DNA of 59,260 nt, the filler included, from Squatina squatina (lineage: Eukaryota), in NCBI GenBank assembly GCA_031763465.1. It is 3 parts of 3 records of this genome, joined end to end, with 100 filler letters (N's around TTAATTAATTAA, not from the genome) between each part and the next. Parts side by side here need not be neighbours in the genome. Positions count along the whole stretch, not along the records: positions 1 to 12,543 come from JARFOE010000233.1; 2 more parts are not named here. One strand, given 5' to 3'. Below, piece after piece: positions 1-12,543 of the stretch (positions within the stretch are counted from its first letter, which is position 1; each line of letters opens with the position of its first letter). The notes under the pieces were generated by a model. It worked only from the letters and a program-made list of their open reading frames with translations. It made no database searches and was not told the origin of the DNA. The position numbers were made by a program, and so were the translations under genes.

Positions 1-676
1 CAACAGCTGGGTTTCATGTGTAGAATTAACAGATCCTGACGGGTGCTGGAAGTGCCAAGCTGCTGCTGCTGCATGTGTCATATCCTCCAGGAGTGCATGC
101 CCTCAAATTAGCTTCTTCTGAGATTGCAGATTGTGAGGATGGCTGTGTGGGGAATACTGCAACATAAAATAGCACTCATTAACCCTTCAAATGCTGCTGT
201 CAAGTTTAGTCACTGGGAAGGCTTCCTTGATGCCTGACTCGTTGTGCAGCCTTTATCCTGGTTGTTAAAAACACATCAACGATTGACCTGGATACATCAT
301 TAAGTAAAATTCCCTGGACTGAGCTATAATCATTTGCTGTAACTGCAATAAATTAATTAATAAGTGTCTCTCAGTCTTATACAACAGTTGTACATTTAAA
401 AAAATCTCATGTGCAACTCACTGTTCAATATTCTCCTCATCAAACATCAACTACTGAGTATATACCGAGCCCCTAAGGTCCCTTTGCATCCAAAGATATT
501 GGTCGAGACATTCTCATAATCTGTTCCGTCAGCGGAAGTGCATGTACTTCCACCTGCTCAATGACCTTGCCGCTGACCCCGGCAGATTTGTCATGGTCAG
601 GCGCTTATATAATTATCAATGGGCTCCCACTGGAGACCTACCAAAGATTGGATGCAAACACCAGTGGGGGCAGAAG

Positions 677-1037
677 TAGGGTTGCCAACTCTGGTTGGAC
701 GTGTTCCTGGAGATTTCATCACATGACCACCTGTGTCCCACCCCACGTTCATGCCATTGGTTGCCCAACAGCGCACCGCCTTCCCATGCTAATTGGAAAG
801 TAAACAGGCTCTTAATTACCTGATTGGATGATGCCTGACTGTCAATCAAACAGCTTTTTTACTCCATCTCCAAAATATTTATAACTAATAAATGTTCAAA
901 TAAAATGAAAAAAAAAATCACAATATTGTTTTTAAATGTCCAGATTATTTTTATCCAGGTTGTTCGTAGCAATGTCCTGAAGATTAATCTTTAATTACTG
1001 GAGACTCCAGGCTAATCCTTGAGGTTTGGCAATCCTA
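677..1037. mobile_element. Non-autonomous hAT DNA transposon (MITE), complete
   Basis: TIRs TAGGGTTGCCAAC (677) and TTGGCAATCCTA (ends 1037). Perfect 8-bp target-site duplication GGCAGAAG at 669-676 and 1038-1045, the TSD length diagnostic of hAT. Confidence 0.9.
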
Positions 1038-2745
1038 GGCAGAAGCTCAAATTTAGATTTAGGGGGTTGTACCAGCTTAAAGGGCAGGNNNNNNNNNNNN
1101 NNNNNNNNNNNNNNNNNNNNNNNNNNNNNNNNNNNNNNNNNNNNNNNNNNNNNNNNNNNNNNNNNNNNNNNNNNNNNNNNNNNNNNNNGTCAAAGCTGCA
1201 TTTGTAGGAGAAAAGGCAGGTTCAAAAGAGATCAGCAGATCCTTCCTAATATCTCTAAACAAACCTAGCTGATAAAAATTTAACACTTTCAAGTCAGCTG
1301 CTTTCACTTCCGTTGATGTTCTGAGCTAGGATATTGGTCGGTTTTCCCTTAGTTCACTTTTAATAATTTATTGTGCGGAGGATTAGAATGTTTGCCTGCC
1401 TAAACACTACCTTTCTCAATTTGAAAAATAGGGAGATTCTTTTCGCTTATCTAACAGTGTGAGTATGTAGTTTCCTTCCAAGGGTTTTTTTTTCTCAAGA
1501 CATTTTCAGCTTGATTTGCAGTTACAGACATCAATCTTTAAGGGGTGCAGTGTCCTGGAGAATGGATCAGATCTGTTCAGAGGTTAATGCCTCACAGATT
1601 TGCTATACACTGGCACACAAACCATTGACTGTGAAAGATAGCTAATAAAAACACTTAAAACATGTTTTTGTTCTAANNNNNNNNNNTTTGATGTTACTGA
1701 AGATTTAAGGGCTCTGATAACTAAAGGATCATTTGTATTTAAGTCAGTTGAAGCTTGCATTTGTGGTTTGTCTGTTTACTGCATTAACCAACCAGCACTT
1801 TGACCTCGCCAAAGTTGTAAAGATTATGGTGTGTTGAATAAACTACCACTGTTGTATACTCACAGGGGATTTCTGCCTTATTGTGGGGGATATCTGTGGC
1901 AATCAGTGCCTAAAGAACCTTGCGTTGTACATGAAGTTAGCAGAGACACGTCTTTCTCCTCAAATCTGTGTAGTCATGCATTCATTAGAAACCCCATGAG
2001 CCCATCCTAGTTCACATAAAGAAAATGAAGCACAAAATACAGTGTTACCCAAGCAGTTCCTTGCAGTATCCAGGTGGATCTGTCCCTGGTGCACATTCAA
2101 ACGATACTTGATAGGTTCAGTCTATTGATATCTTATTGTCAATAGCTTGAGAGAGGGAGTTGTTGTTATGGGTTTAATCAGCTAATTTTGCCATGGAGGC
2201 AGTTGGGATTTGTGTCTGACATCAGCAGTGCTATCTCTGAAGCAACCATTTACAATTTAACATTGCTATTTTTAGGACATCTGTTGTTACAGAAGCTGGT
2301 GAGGCGCTGTGCTCAGACTGTGGCTAATCTGCGCTCCTGTAGAGACCTGTCACTTCAAGTCTTAATTTGCACCCAATGCTACTTTATGAAGGGCAGTCCA
2401 TATACATCTTTGAGTAGCTTCATGCAATTGCAAGTTTTTTTTTCCTAAATGTATTGCTACGTTTCAGGGTACCTTGTTTTCATGGCTGGAGATAGGCATG
2501 GCGTTTGTTGCACCCACCTAATGGCATTGGTGGAAGGCACGGCCGATTAGCTTAATTGCGCCTCATTTAACTTTGAGCAGTGAGTTACCAGCATCAATGG
2601 CAGCCCACCATTTGGGGAGGCGGGGAGCGCAGTGGGTGATGGGTGNNNNNNNNNNNNNNNNNNNNNNNNNNNNNNNNNNNNNNNNNNNNNNNNNNNNNNN
2701 NNNNNNNNNNNNNNNNNNNNNNNNNNNNNNNNNNNNNNNNNNNNN

Positions 2746-3190
2746 GGGTATGGGCAAGCCTCTGTGTCCTTATCCAGGTGGAGGAGATGGTTCTCGACAT
2801 CATTGGAGAGGCCATCACTGAGGCTGTGGCTATTGGCGAGGTTGAAACCATTCAAGATGACGGTATGCTCATATGTAATCCTCCTTCTCACATCGCACTT
2901 CCCACTCATCCCACAATCGCTGCTCACTGCAAGCAGCTGATGGTGTAAGCCTGCACATCTTGCTTTCCCCACTCACCTCACCACAGCCCTAACATTGCGC
3001 CTTCCTCCTTTCCGATACCCAAGAGCTCCAACGTGGCAAACCAGTGTAGGAAGAGGAGAGTGATGGAGAAGAGGAGACACCATCACTTGATCTGACACTC
3101 ACAGGCACCAGCTCAGATGCTGGCACTGAGCAGACTTTAGAGTGTAGTGTAGGGATCTGCATATGTTGAGTCACCAGGCGTGAGCGGGTT
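2746..3190 (+). pseudogene. Fragment of a PIF/Harbinger Myb/SANT accessory gene (downstream exons)
   Basis: LIQVEEMVLDIIGEAITEAVAIGEVETIQDDG followed by a GTATG donor, then an acidic stretch EEESDGEEETPSLDLTLTGTSSD. Resembles Harbinger ORF2 C-terminal parts and abuts a Harbinger transposase relic. Confidence 0.55.
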
Positions 3191-3194
3191 GCTG

Positions 3195-3630
3195 GTAGCA
3201 CCAACTGCATATTAATGAGTGGTACCCTTTGCGGTTACTATACACCTCACCATTGAGATGCAGCACCCGCAAATCGACTTGTGCAGTCAATGGCACCTTA
3301 CCCCCTATCCTGGCAAAGCCATGAGCGAGCTTCTCATGTTCCTCTCAGTTTAGAGAGAAAAGACAATGGAGTTCCCTCTCCTGGCATACAGAGCCACTGT
3401 GACCTCCCGGATGCAGCGATTGATGTCGAACTGCGAGATGTTTACTATGTTAACTGTTCCAGCCTGGAAGGATCCACTGGTGAAAATATTCTGGGCCATG
3501 GTCACCTTGAGGACCACTCACAGTGCAATCGCCGCCCTGCTCTGAGGCTGCAGGTCTGGTTCCAAGAGGTGTCAGAATTCTGTGCCCACCTTTTTTGTGA
3601 AGCAGAGCTGTTGCATCCTTTCACGGTATG
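3195..3630 (-). pseudogene. Degenerate PIF/Harbinger (HARBI1-like DDE) transposase fragment
   Basis: Minus-strand translation LCFTKKVGTEF*HLLEPDLQPQSRAAIAL*VVLKVTMAQNIFTSGSFQAGTVNIVNISQFDINRCIREVTVALYARR..., then GAIDCT (3280-3297) and NRKGYHS (3216-3236). These are hallmark Harbinger motifs; stops and frameshifts are present. Confidence 0.88.
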
Positions 3631-4390
3631 ATAAAATAGTTTGAGATTTCAAATTTTACTGTTGGATGTAACTGGACTATGTGATGGCTCTTTACTGGAT
3701 GGCTACCCTAAATCAGGATTTGTTTTTTTACCTCAAGCGTATTTTTGTGAATCACTTTATGAATCTTATCTCGTTAATGGATCCTGTTACTGAAACATAT
3801 TTCACAATAAAATAAACCATGCCGTTTCAGACTCTGCACAATATGAATTCATGTGGCTGGGAATCTATTTATTATGTTAGACAGAAGCAATGTTGGTGCC
3901 TTGTATTTATCTGTTTCTAAATAATATTATCTCTTTCACTTNNNNNNNNNNGAATTCCACGAGGAACAATGGGGGTGAAGAACACTGTTGATCCCAGTTC
4001 TAAAGAAAGGCCCCATGTGCAATCTATTGCATTCTGAAACAGTCGGCAGAGATCAGGTTCTCAGTTTCAAGTTATATTGAAATTCTAATGTGAAAGAGAT
4101 AGCGTTATGGTCCCATCCTGTAAAGGAACTAGCCATTTTCAGTTTGCCAACCAACACATATACGATTAATTATTGCATTCGGCAAGCTTTGTTCAACCAT
4201 TGATCAGATGCTGAATTCGACTTGTTTTTTTAACAAAAAGAAGTGGTTCTTTTCAAATTTCCTCATAATGCTCTATATGCATTACAAAGGNNNNNNNNNN
4301 NNNNNNNNNNNNNNNNNNNNNNNNNNNNNNNNNNNNNNNNNNNNNNNNNNNNNNNNNNNNNNNNNNNNNNNNNNNNNNNNNNNNNNNNNN

Positions 4391-4765
4391 GCAGGCTGAG
4401 TGCCATGGAGGGGTTGAGAGAGGGAATTCCAGAGAGTGGGACCTCGGCGGCTGAAGGCATGGTCATCAATATTGGGACAAAGGGATGGGTGATGTGCAAG
4501 AGGTCGGAGTCAGAAGAATGGATAGTGGCAGTATGTAGGGTTGGGTGATGTGACAGAAATAGGAAGGAGTGAGGCCATGGTGGGATTTAAACACAAGGAT
4601 GATGATTCTAAATCTGAGTGTGAGGATCCAGAAGTCAATGTAGGCCAGTGAGGGTGGATGTGATGGGTGATCATGACTTGGTATGGGTTACGATATGTAG
4701 AGTTTTGGGTGAGCTGAAGTTTCTGGAAAGTGGGCGATGGTAGGCCTGCCAGAACATCATTGGAA
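4391..4765 (-). mobile_element. L2-clade LINE 3' fragment
   Basis: Reverse complement of the L2-like sequence at 41257-41692 (gggaattccagagagtggg...ggctgaaggcatgg...atgtaggccagtgag). Confidence 0.7.
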
Positions 4766-6195
4766 TCGACATGTCTTTCTTAATATAGTTTACATTATAT
4801 TTCACAGTCTTCCTCAATCTTGCTGCTCCTACAAAATAATGTGCAGCAATCATCGGTGATATTTTAACAATTATTTTGCTGGAATGTCGGAATCAACCCA
4901 GGCTGCTCTTGCACACTTTGTAGCAGTTACTTATGGAGCAGCTTGGTAGGATGCCTGAGAACAGGCTGCCCACCTGCCTTCTCGGGCAGAAAATGGTGTG
5001 TAGCATGAAGGACCTATGAAAAAGCAGAGAAATAGAAAGTCGGAAAGAGTGAAGCAGTTATACCTTCACACTAATGACAGATGGTCACACTTGCACAGGC
5101 TTCCTTGCCAAAATGATATCATAGCAACATGTAGTTGTTTATCTCATTTTGACAGTTTGTATCGGTAACATTTCTCCCTGTTGTTTGCGGGATATTATTA
5201 ACCATTGCTTGATGCATGCTTGAAAGATTCACTCCATTGTTAGATTGGCCTGTGCACTACTGGTAAATGGTAGTATTTAATTATTGTGACCTGCCAGTCA
5301 GTTATAAAATAAATCTTCTTGCCTACATTATTACTCTTATTTTCCTCAACTCATCAATTACAAATATATTCTTTACTTGCATCAGTTTTTCACTCTGGTT
5401 ATTGCACAAGTCCTACCGCATATTTATTGTCAAATTAACATGATCTACGGAACTAAGTAGACTTCCAAGTAAGATGGATAACTTGAGCACTTGCTTCTGG
5501 TCATTGTGCTAGCTGTGAGTGGAATAAATTAGTGCTGCCGTATTCCTCACGGTTCAAATCAATGAACTGACTTAGAAATAAAACTGTTGGTTGGCTCAGG
5601 CTCTCAGATACATGTTTATTAAAGCTTTCAGATTGATAATGTGTTCGCAATGTTGGAGGTACCCTGTTGCTGATGCATTATCAATCTGAAAGAGGTAAAC
5701 TGAACACCTTCAATGCACACAGAATTGTATTTCTTAGTGGGTCCCAAGAGTTGGTGTCAGAGACTTCACAAAATGTAGGTACACATCACTTGGGCCTCCA
5801 TTCAGCAGAGTCCAAAAGATTTTCAAAAATAGGAGCACATTTTTGTCGTTCACCTTTCTCTCTTAGAACGCTGTTCTTCGGGGTCAATACCGATAATATA
5901 AAGGTACCTTTTATGTGTAACATATTGGTTTATCGAGATGACAAAGCCTCATTAAATGGAAAAACGAGTAAAAAAAACTTTTTTTTACAGTTTGCTTTCA
6001 CAATTGTGAACAAAAAGGTTACAAAGTATTTAAAATCCAAATCCATGTTTAATGATCTCTAAAAAAATGCAAACCTGCATGTCATGAATGATTGTGCCAT
6101 TGATGACCGAATTGAGCCGATTCCTTCCCAAACCTCCCCAACACACATACAATCATTTGTCCCTTCCTGCCCCCTCACACAGTATAAATAGTAGG

Positions 6196-6330
6196 TCAAC
6201 AGCAAAATACTGCGGATGCTGGAATCTGAAATGAAAACAGAAAATGCTGAAAATACTCAGCAGGTCAGGCAGCATCTGTGGAGAGAAAAACAGAGTCAAC
6301 ATTTCGGGTCGATGACCTTTCGTCAGAACA
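6196..6330 (-). mobile_element. Penelope-like element terminal (pLTR) fragment
   Basis: Minus strand ttctgacgaaaggtcatcgacccgaaatgttgactctg...cacagatgctgcctgacctgctgagtattttcagcattttctg...attccagcatccgcagtattttgc. A similar copy lies at about 47675-47746. Family assignment is by recall of elasmobranch Penelope ends. Confidence 0.7.
6291..6330 (-). ncRNA. Minimal hammerhead ribozyme-like motif (Penelope-associated), probably degenerate
   Basis: Core CUGACGA, stem II GGUC-auc-GACC, then GAAA and UGUU, in the order of a minimal type I hammerhead. Confidence 0.55.
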
Positions 6331-9300
6331 GATATTTCAATATGAGCAGCACATGCATATTGTTATTAAACGTGTACAAATAATGCAAAAGATCATAGAA
6401 TAAATTCAGAACCAGTTCTGTGCCAGTGCTTCCCTAACTTAACACTTTAGGATCTGATATCCCTATTAAAAATGCAGCTGTGCCTAAGTAATTAGACAGC
6501 ACTCCAGAATTTGTGAGATGTGTAACAATCCATCTCACTGGAATTAACTTTGACAGGGAAACTTTTTAAAAAGTGAATCTGTAAATGCAAATCGACATTT
6601 TTAATTGGTAATTATAGGTTGTGAAGCATGAAATACTTGAATTTTGAAGTGGGAAAACTTTTGAGTTCTGAGGGGAGACAAGGAAACCATGAAGAAGGTC
6701 AATGTTACCTGTAACAGAGATACAGATACATTACCATATTATCTCTCCGCTTTACACATGTCTGAATAACATAAAACAGACCCTTCTGGTAGACAAGCCT
6801 GGTATTAGTAAACTTTATTAAAATTCTTATTGGCATGGTCTTTAGTTTGTTTGGTACACCCTATGTAGCCAAACAAAAAAGGATAAAAGTAAATAAATCA
6901 CTGAATCTATTTCCCTACCCTCCATTCCTTTGTGTGGTGCACAGTGACACTTGCTGAGTTACGATTTCATTATTGACTTTCCGTTGCATGAAAAGAAGAA
7001 TTCAGCATTAGAGTTATTCATTCTTCACAAAAAGTTAAATAAAGTGCAAAAGTTTCAGCCCATCAATCCTCCGACTGGCTGTCCAAGGTGACATTTCATT
7101 AGCACATTTTGTCAATGAATAAATCCTACAGTGGGCTCAAAAGGGAAGGTAGAAAACATCTAGTCTTTTTTCATTAGCTCCATCCAAACTTGAACCACTG
7201 GAGATTAGGTACAAGAAGCACATGAGCCGGAAGAAGAGCCAGCCTGTCTATAAACTACATTAATCATTCATTCTCTCCAGAGTGCCTTAAGTCACTGCCA
7301 CATCTCTGCTCCGGCCAAAAATGGCTATTCAATTTTGAGCTGCGTGACAGATATATTTCAAGGAAAATCACAGACATAACGACTCCTGCCATGGCTGATA
7401 AAGTCCTCATTCATCAATTAAGAAGTTTCCAATAAGCCGAGATGGATATGGCAGAATAAGGCCGGCTTCATGTTACCACACAGGCAGTGAGTCTGTGCTA
7501 CTGGAGGATGGCTGATTGCTCCCAGCCTCACCTTCAGCAATCGGGCAGCAGAACGTGGAAATCGTACAGAGCTTCAGGAAGTTATATGAGGGAAAGATAA
7601 ATGTCATTAGTTGAGAATATGAGAAGCTTGGCAATTCCCCTGGAGCTGAAACAACGATGAAGGAAATGACAAGCGATGCTTTACAGCTTGCAATGTGTTG
7701 CTCGGTTATTCAGGTGAAGAGGTTGAGTGTTGCAGAGAGGATGTTTTATAAAAAAAGCTTTTATCCAGACTCTATGAAAGCTGTGTTTGCCCAAGAGCTG
7801 ATATTAATCTGATCACATTACCGAAACATTTAACAGTCTCTGATCCATTAAATAATTAGTGAGCGTTTCTAATATGCATGCTTAGCCTGCACTGCACATT
7901 GTACTTTTGTCATTTAACATTAGGCTTTATAGCAATTTGTCAATTGACTATTCAAGGGGGTGATGGGAGAGAAATCATGGCTTTTTAAGTTTGGCACTCC
8001 TGTGTGCAGTTATTTCGATTGGCATGACAGGGAATGTGAGTAACAATGCAGATAACATTACTTACTATTCTTGTGGTTCATAGGGACACTCTTAATAGGG
8101 GACATGGTATCAACTACTGATTGATTCCCACTGTATTTTAAACTGTCCTGGTGTAGTTCACTTAATGAAGATGATCTGATAAAGGGAACTTAATCTTCAC
8201 CAGTATTTCTCAATTAACAGTCTTCATTTGCATTACATAAAGACAACGTGCCATATTGTCAATGCTTGCACAGTCATTATTCATTGTGATTCTTTGTTTG
8301 AAATATTTATTATCTATTTAACAATAATTACCTAACTTTTTATTCCGAAGGATTTTGAGTTCAAGTTAATATATAATTGTNNNNNNNNNNNNNNNNNNNN
8401 NNNNNNNNNNNNNNNNNNNNNNNNNNNNNNNNNNNNNNNNNNNNNNNNNNNNNNNNNNNNNNNNNNNNNNNNNNNNNNNNAATGTGGAAAGGATTTATGC
8501 AACTAGAATACATTGCTGTCTGTATATACGTATTAAGGAATTAAAATTAAGGAATAAATCTGCAATACACCGGTCCTCATCATCAGTATAGTCCAGGTGC
8601 AGAAATAAATGATGAGTTAAAGTTACACCTTTTAAATTTATTCTACAGCAACATCCCCATTTATTCGTAACTAATGATTTGAAAATTACTTTACCCTGAA
8701 GTACTTTTTTGTAACTCTGTTCCTGAAATTATGATTCAGATTCTTATTAGTTCTTTAAGATCATGAATTTTTGTGCACCTATTCTATTGTCAAAGGAATG
8801 TTCTGAAGTGGCGTAGTCCTTTTAGTTTGTTACTGAGCTAATAATCATAGATTCAGAAAGGAATCTATTATCCATCATCGTGGCCGACTGACGTCTCCCC
8901 AGAGTGTGATACCCGGGTAATGATTTTTTTTCTTATTTAAAGCCTCGGTGCCATTTTTTCTCTCGTTGTAGAATAAACAGGTGAAGTAACACAAAAAAGT
9001 TCCGAGCTTGATTGCTTTGAAAGCTGCATTTTAGTAGTGATGATTAAAACCATGCCCATTGTATGCCTGTAGTGATTGAAAATGAGAAATGAAGCACAGA
9101 GAGCAGCTGCAGCCAGTATATTTTAAAACAAGTAATTAACACCAATGTTAAAATAGTGAACAAAGGTATTTCCTACAAAGGCATTACCTGTGGGAATCGG
9201 GATTGTGCAGTGAATTAATGAACACAGCTTCTAGATTTTAACGCAAGCATCACTGCCTGCCAAAACAGACCAGAGTACTGACCCCCACAAGTGTTATGCA

Positions 9301-10071
9301 TCACCTTGCCTCTTACTATCCCTTTCAGTCCTACTTGTATTTTTTTCTCTTCTAAAGTTGTTTTCACACTAATGATAGAGATTTTCATAATTTTCATAAC
9401 AGCACTACATCATATTCAGCAAACAGGACTTGCCGCTGGCCATCTTTCCCGACTATTTCCCACCACACAATGGCCTGCTTAGCGATCTTAGAGAGAGATG
9501 GCAAAATTCATCAGAATACGGTCAAACAAAGAGTAATTTTTTTTTTTGCTTGACACATATTTTTCACTAACAGAACAGACTAAATCTATTGGGTTTTTTC
9601 CACATCTGTGCCTTCTTTGTAGGTCATGAACTTTGTTGTTTCTTGTGGATGAAATCTTGAGCAGATTTTCCAGTCTCTCATAAATGTGTATTGACTTACT
9701 ATTGAATGTTAAATCACACATAAAATTATTCCACCATCTGCATGCTCTCACCTTGGACCAAACCAATAAAGGCTTAACAAGCCACTTCAATTGTTTCCTG
9801 TCACTTCATCCTTATCGCCTTTAGCTTTGTCACTTGTTTCAAGCCTTTTCACTGTGTATATGCCATTAGAGAGTGAAGCAATTTGGCAGTGGCTACAAAA
9901 TGTAAGTATGATTACAACAGCAGCCTTTTATGGGTTGCAATACCCATTGATCTGGGGCAGACAGTTCTGTTNNNNNNNNNNNNNNNNNNNNNNNNNNNNN
10001 NNNNNNNNNNNNNNNNNNNNNNNNNNNNNNNNNNNNNNNNNNNNNNNNNNNNNNNNNNNNNNNNNNNNNNN

Positions 10072-10763
10072 TGTCTGAGCATCTGCATATCATCTCTCAG
10101 TGAAGATGAATGTGTCAGTAACAGCAGCTGAGATTAGAAGAAGGTGTTAAAGAGAGAGGACTGAGGACTACATTTAGAGTGCATCTCAGAATCAGAACAA
10201 CAATAAGATCCCTCAGTTGCACTCACCTGCACCAAACGAGTTAGGTCATTGAACTTTTTTCGACATTGCATCAGGTTCCTTGGCTCTACATCCGAGGCAG
10301 AGACTTCAGCTGCAATCTCAGTCCAGGAGGCCCTGTGTACAGCTGAGGCAGCCCTTCTCCCTGATGCTGGGAAAAGCTGCCCCCTCCTCCTCTCCACCCC
10401 AGAGACAAGTACTTCAAGCGCCTCGTCTGAAAACCGACGGCCCCTGGCCACACCTGCCATTTCTCCAAAAAGGTCAGCCAAAACACGCTGCAGAAGTGTG
10501 AGCAGTCAAGGTTTTATATGAATTATTGCAGTGGGAATGCAATTGACCAGCAACCTGGGTCACCTGATAGAGCTGTGAGCAGTTAAGAGAGCATCCCCAC
10601 ATCACCTCAAGGCAGCTGTCAGCACCTTCAACAGTGCCATGACTGGTCAGCATGAAAACTTTAGCGAATTTCGCAACTCAATGACGCTATTAACACCGGG
10701 TGCTGTTTGGGTGCTAAAAAGTGCTGCAGTGTTTCAAACGTGGTGTCAGCCAATTTCGGCCCC
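10072..10763 (-). mobile_element. PIF/Harbinger transposon end carrying the Myb/SANT exon
   Basis: Minus strand begins GGGGCCGAAATT at 10763, a TIR-like end. TATAAAA at 10518-10512 lies upstream of the ATG. The element is truncated by the gap at 9972-10071. Confidence 0.65.
10227..10460 (-). CDS. First exon of a Harbinger-type Myb/SANT (MSANTD/NAIF1-like) DNA-binding protein, transposon-encoded
   Basis: ATG at 10460; MAGVARGRRFSDEALEVLVSGVERRRGQLFPASGRRAASAVHRASWTEIAAEVSASDVEPRNLMQCRKKFNDLTRLVQ (78 codons, no stops). Pattern RFSxxxLExLV...W..IA..V...R...QCRKKFNDL. Consensus donor CAG|GTGAGT at 10226. Confidence 0.8.
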
Positions 10764-11304
10764 AAGGTATAGCTTGCAGCAGAATTGTTGGAGTGTCTAC
10801 ACAAATGTTGATACCTTGCAGTTTCACTTGCATTTTAGGCAGTGTCCTCATCCACTCCTGTATCAAAAAGAGCTAAGCCCCAAAAACCTGGCCCCTGACA
10901 ACACAAAGCTGAGGGATAACATCCGAGAAACATAGAGAAGAGGTCTTTTTGCCTTGATTGCTTCTGTCTTGAAAGTTACAGGAGAAAGGTCAAGTAGACA
11001 TGGTTTGACACCTGCTGTCCAGAAGTAGAAATGGAAAAAGAGCTCCAGTAGAATTTGAAGAAGAGGGTTAGAATAATAGTTTGTTGCATTGAAGATAATA
11101 CAGTTTATTCATTCGTGAACTCATAATCTGCTCAATGTCTCTAACAATTCAGTGGGAAATAGAATACTCAGCAAACAGTAGTTTCGCTAACTTTGTAGAA
11201 ATGATGAGGAGGTGGTGAGTCAGACGAGGAAAGTTGCTGAACTATGAAATCACCTGTTTGTAACAATGTACACAAATGTAACAGGGCTGGGAAATCCAAG
11301 AGAT

Positions 11305-11660
11305 TAGAGGAGCAATTTTACCCCCTCCCTTCACCCAGCGGGAATAGTGCGGTGGAGTTAGGATGTCAGGGGGATTCACAGCGCATTCCCAATGCTATCC
11401 CTCCCCCCCCCCAATCCACCCCACCACCATTTTAACTTGCCTGAAATTAGGCATGGGAAGACCACCCACCCCAGAGCAGCGGGGGCCTAATTTCAAAGTA
11501 GTTTTAACTGAGGGTCTGACAAAGTTCTGAAACCCACCAGCAAAAGTTGAAGGCAGCCAGGATTCTAGCCACAGCAAGCCCAGCTAAGTGATATTTGTTT
11601 CCTTTTATTTTATTGGAGTGCTTCGCCTGGCCACACTAGGATGCCTTGGGCCTCCCCTGC
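11305..11660. mobile_element. GC-rich non-autonomous DNA-transposon-like repeat (probably Harbinger-derived)
   Basis: GC-rich block with motifs resembling those at about 17240-17695 and 56480-57050; no ORF. Family assignment is by recall only. Confidence 0.35.
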
Positions 11661-12543
11661 CTCAGACAGACTTTGTGTAGGCTATAAGGGTGAGAAATTG
11701 GGTGGATTTGCGCCTCCTGTTCACGCCCCCAGGGACACTAATGGGANNNNNNNNNNNNNNNNNNNNNNNNNNNNNNNNNNNNNNNNNNNNNNNNNNNNNN
11801 NNNNNNNNNNNNNNNNNNNNNNNNNNNNNNNNNNNNNNNNNNNNNNTGTTTATTTTTGTATGGAATTGCAAAGATGGCAATTCATTTGTGTTTATACATC
11901 TATTGATGTTTAACTTAGAGTGCATATTTCAATGTTGCTTTCTTTAAAAATATACTAAGCAATCTTTCGAATTGGTGCTTTAATCTTTTTGACTTTCTCT
12001 GCACAGCCCCTCCACACACACACTCACAGAATGTCCGGAACAAAAAAATAATGTTGCAAGGTTACGAAATAGCCAACATAGACACAAAGCAAATTAAGTG
12101 CCTAAGCATTTCAAATATCTAAACACAGGCCAGCTCAATCGTTCCTATTCTTTGGATTTTGTATCCTATTATCTCCTTCCCTTTCTAGGGATTCTTTTTG
12201 AATTTTGTTACACTTGGCAATTAATTCAGTAACATTTGAAATGGGAGATGGCTGCTGTTTTAGTCAAAGCACAGATTCACTCAGGAGATGGGGTAAAATC
12301 CATTTGATTTTCTGAATTGAAGTGAGAAAGGTATAAAAAGTTCCTTTTGACTTCCTTTCATTTATGCACTATTCCCTGTCTATTGAATTTGCAGAATCAA
12401 AATTGATTTTATGTTCTGTTTCCTTGGTGCAGGCTGCTAGTTTAGAATTCTCATCATCAATCTTTTCAGATCTCTATGTTGGCTCATGCAGTCTCGTATC
12501 ACTTTCTTTGTTACGCCAATATAGTCAGTATTGTGGTCTTTGC

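Noticed and set aside
5667-6062. 131-aa gap-free ORF
   Set aside because: Non-ATG start, AT-rich composition, no recognisable motif, and no splice support.
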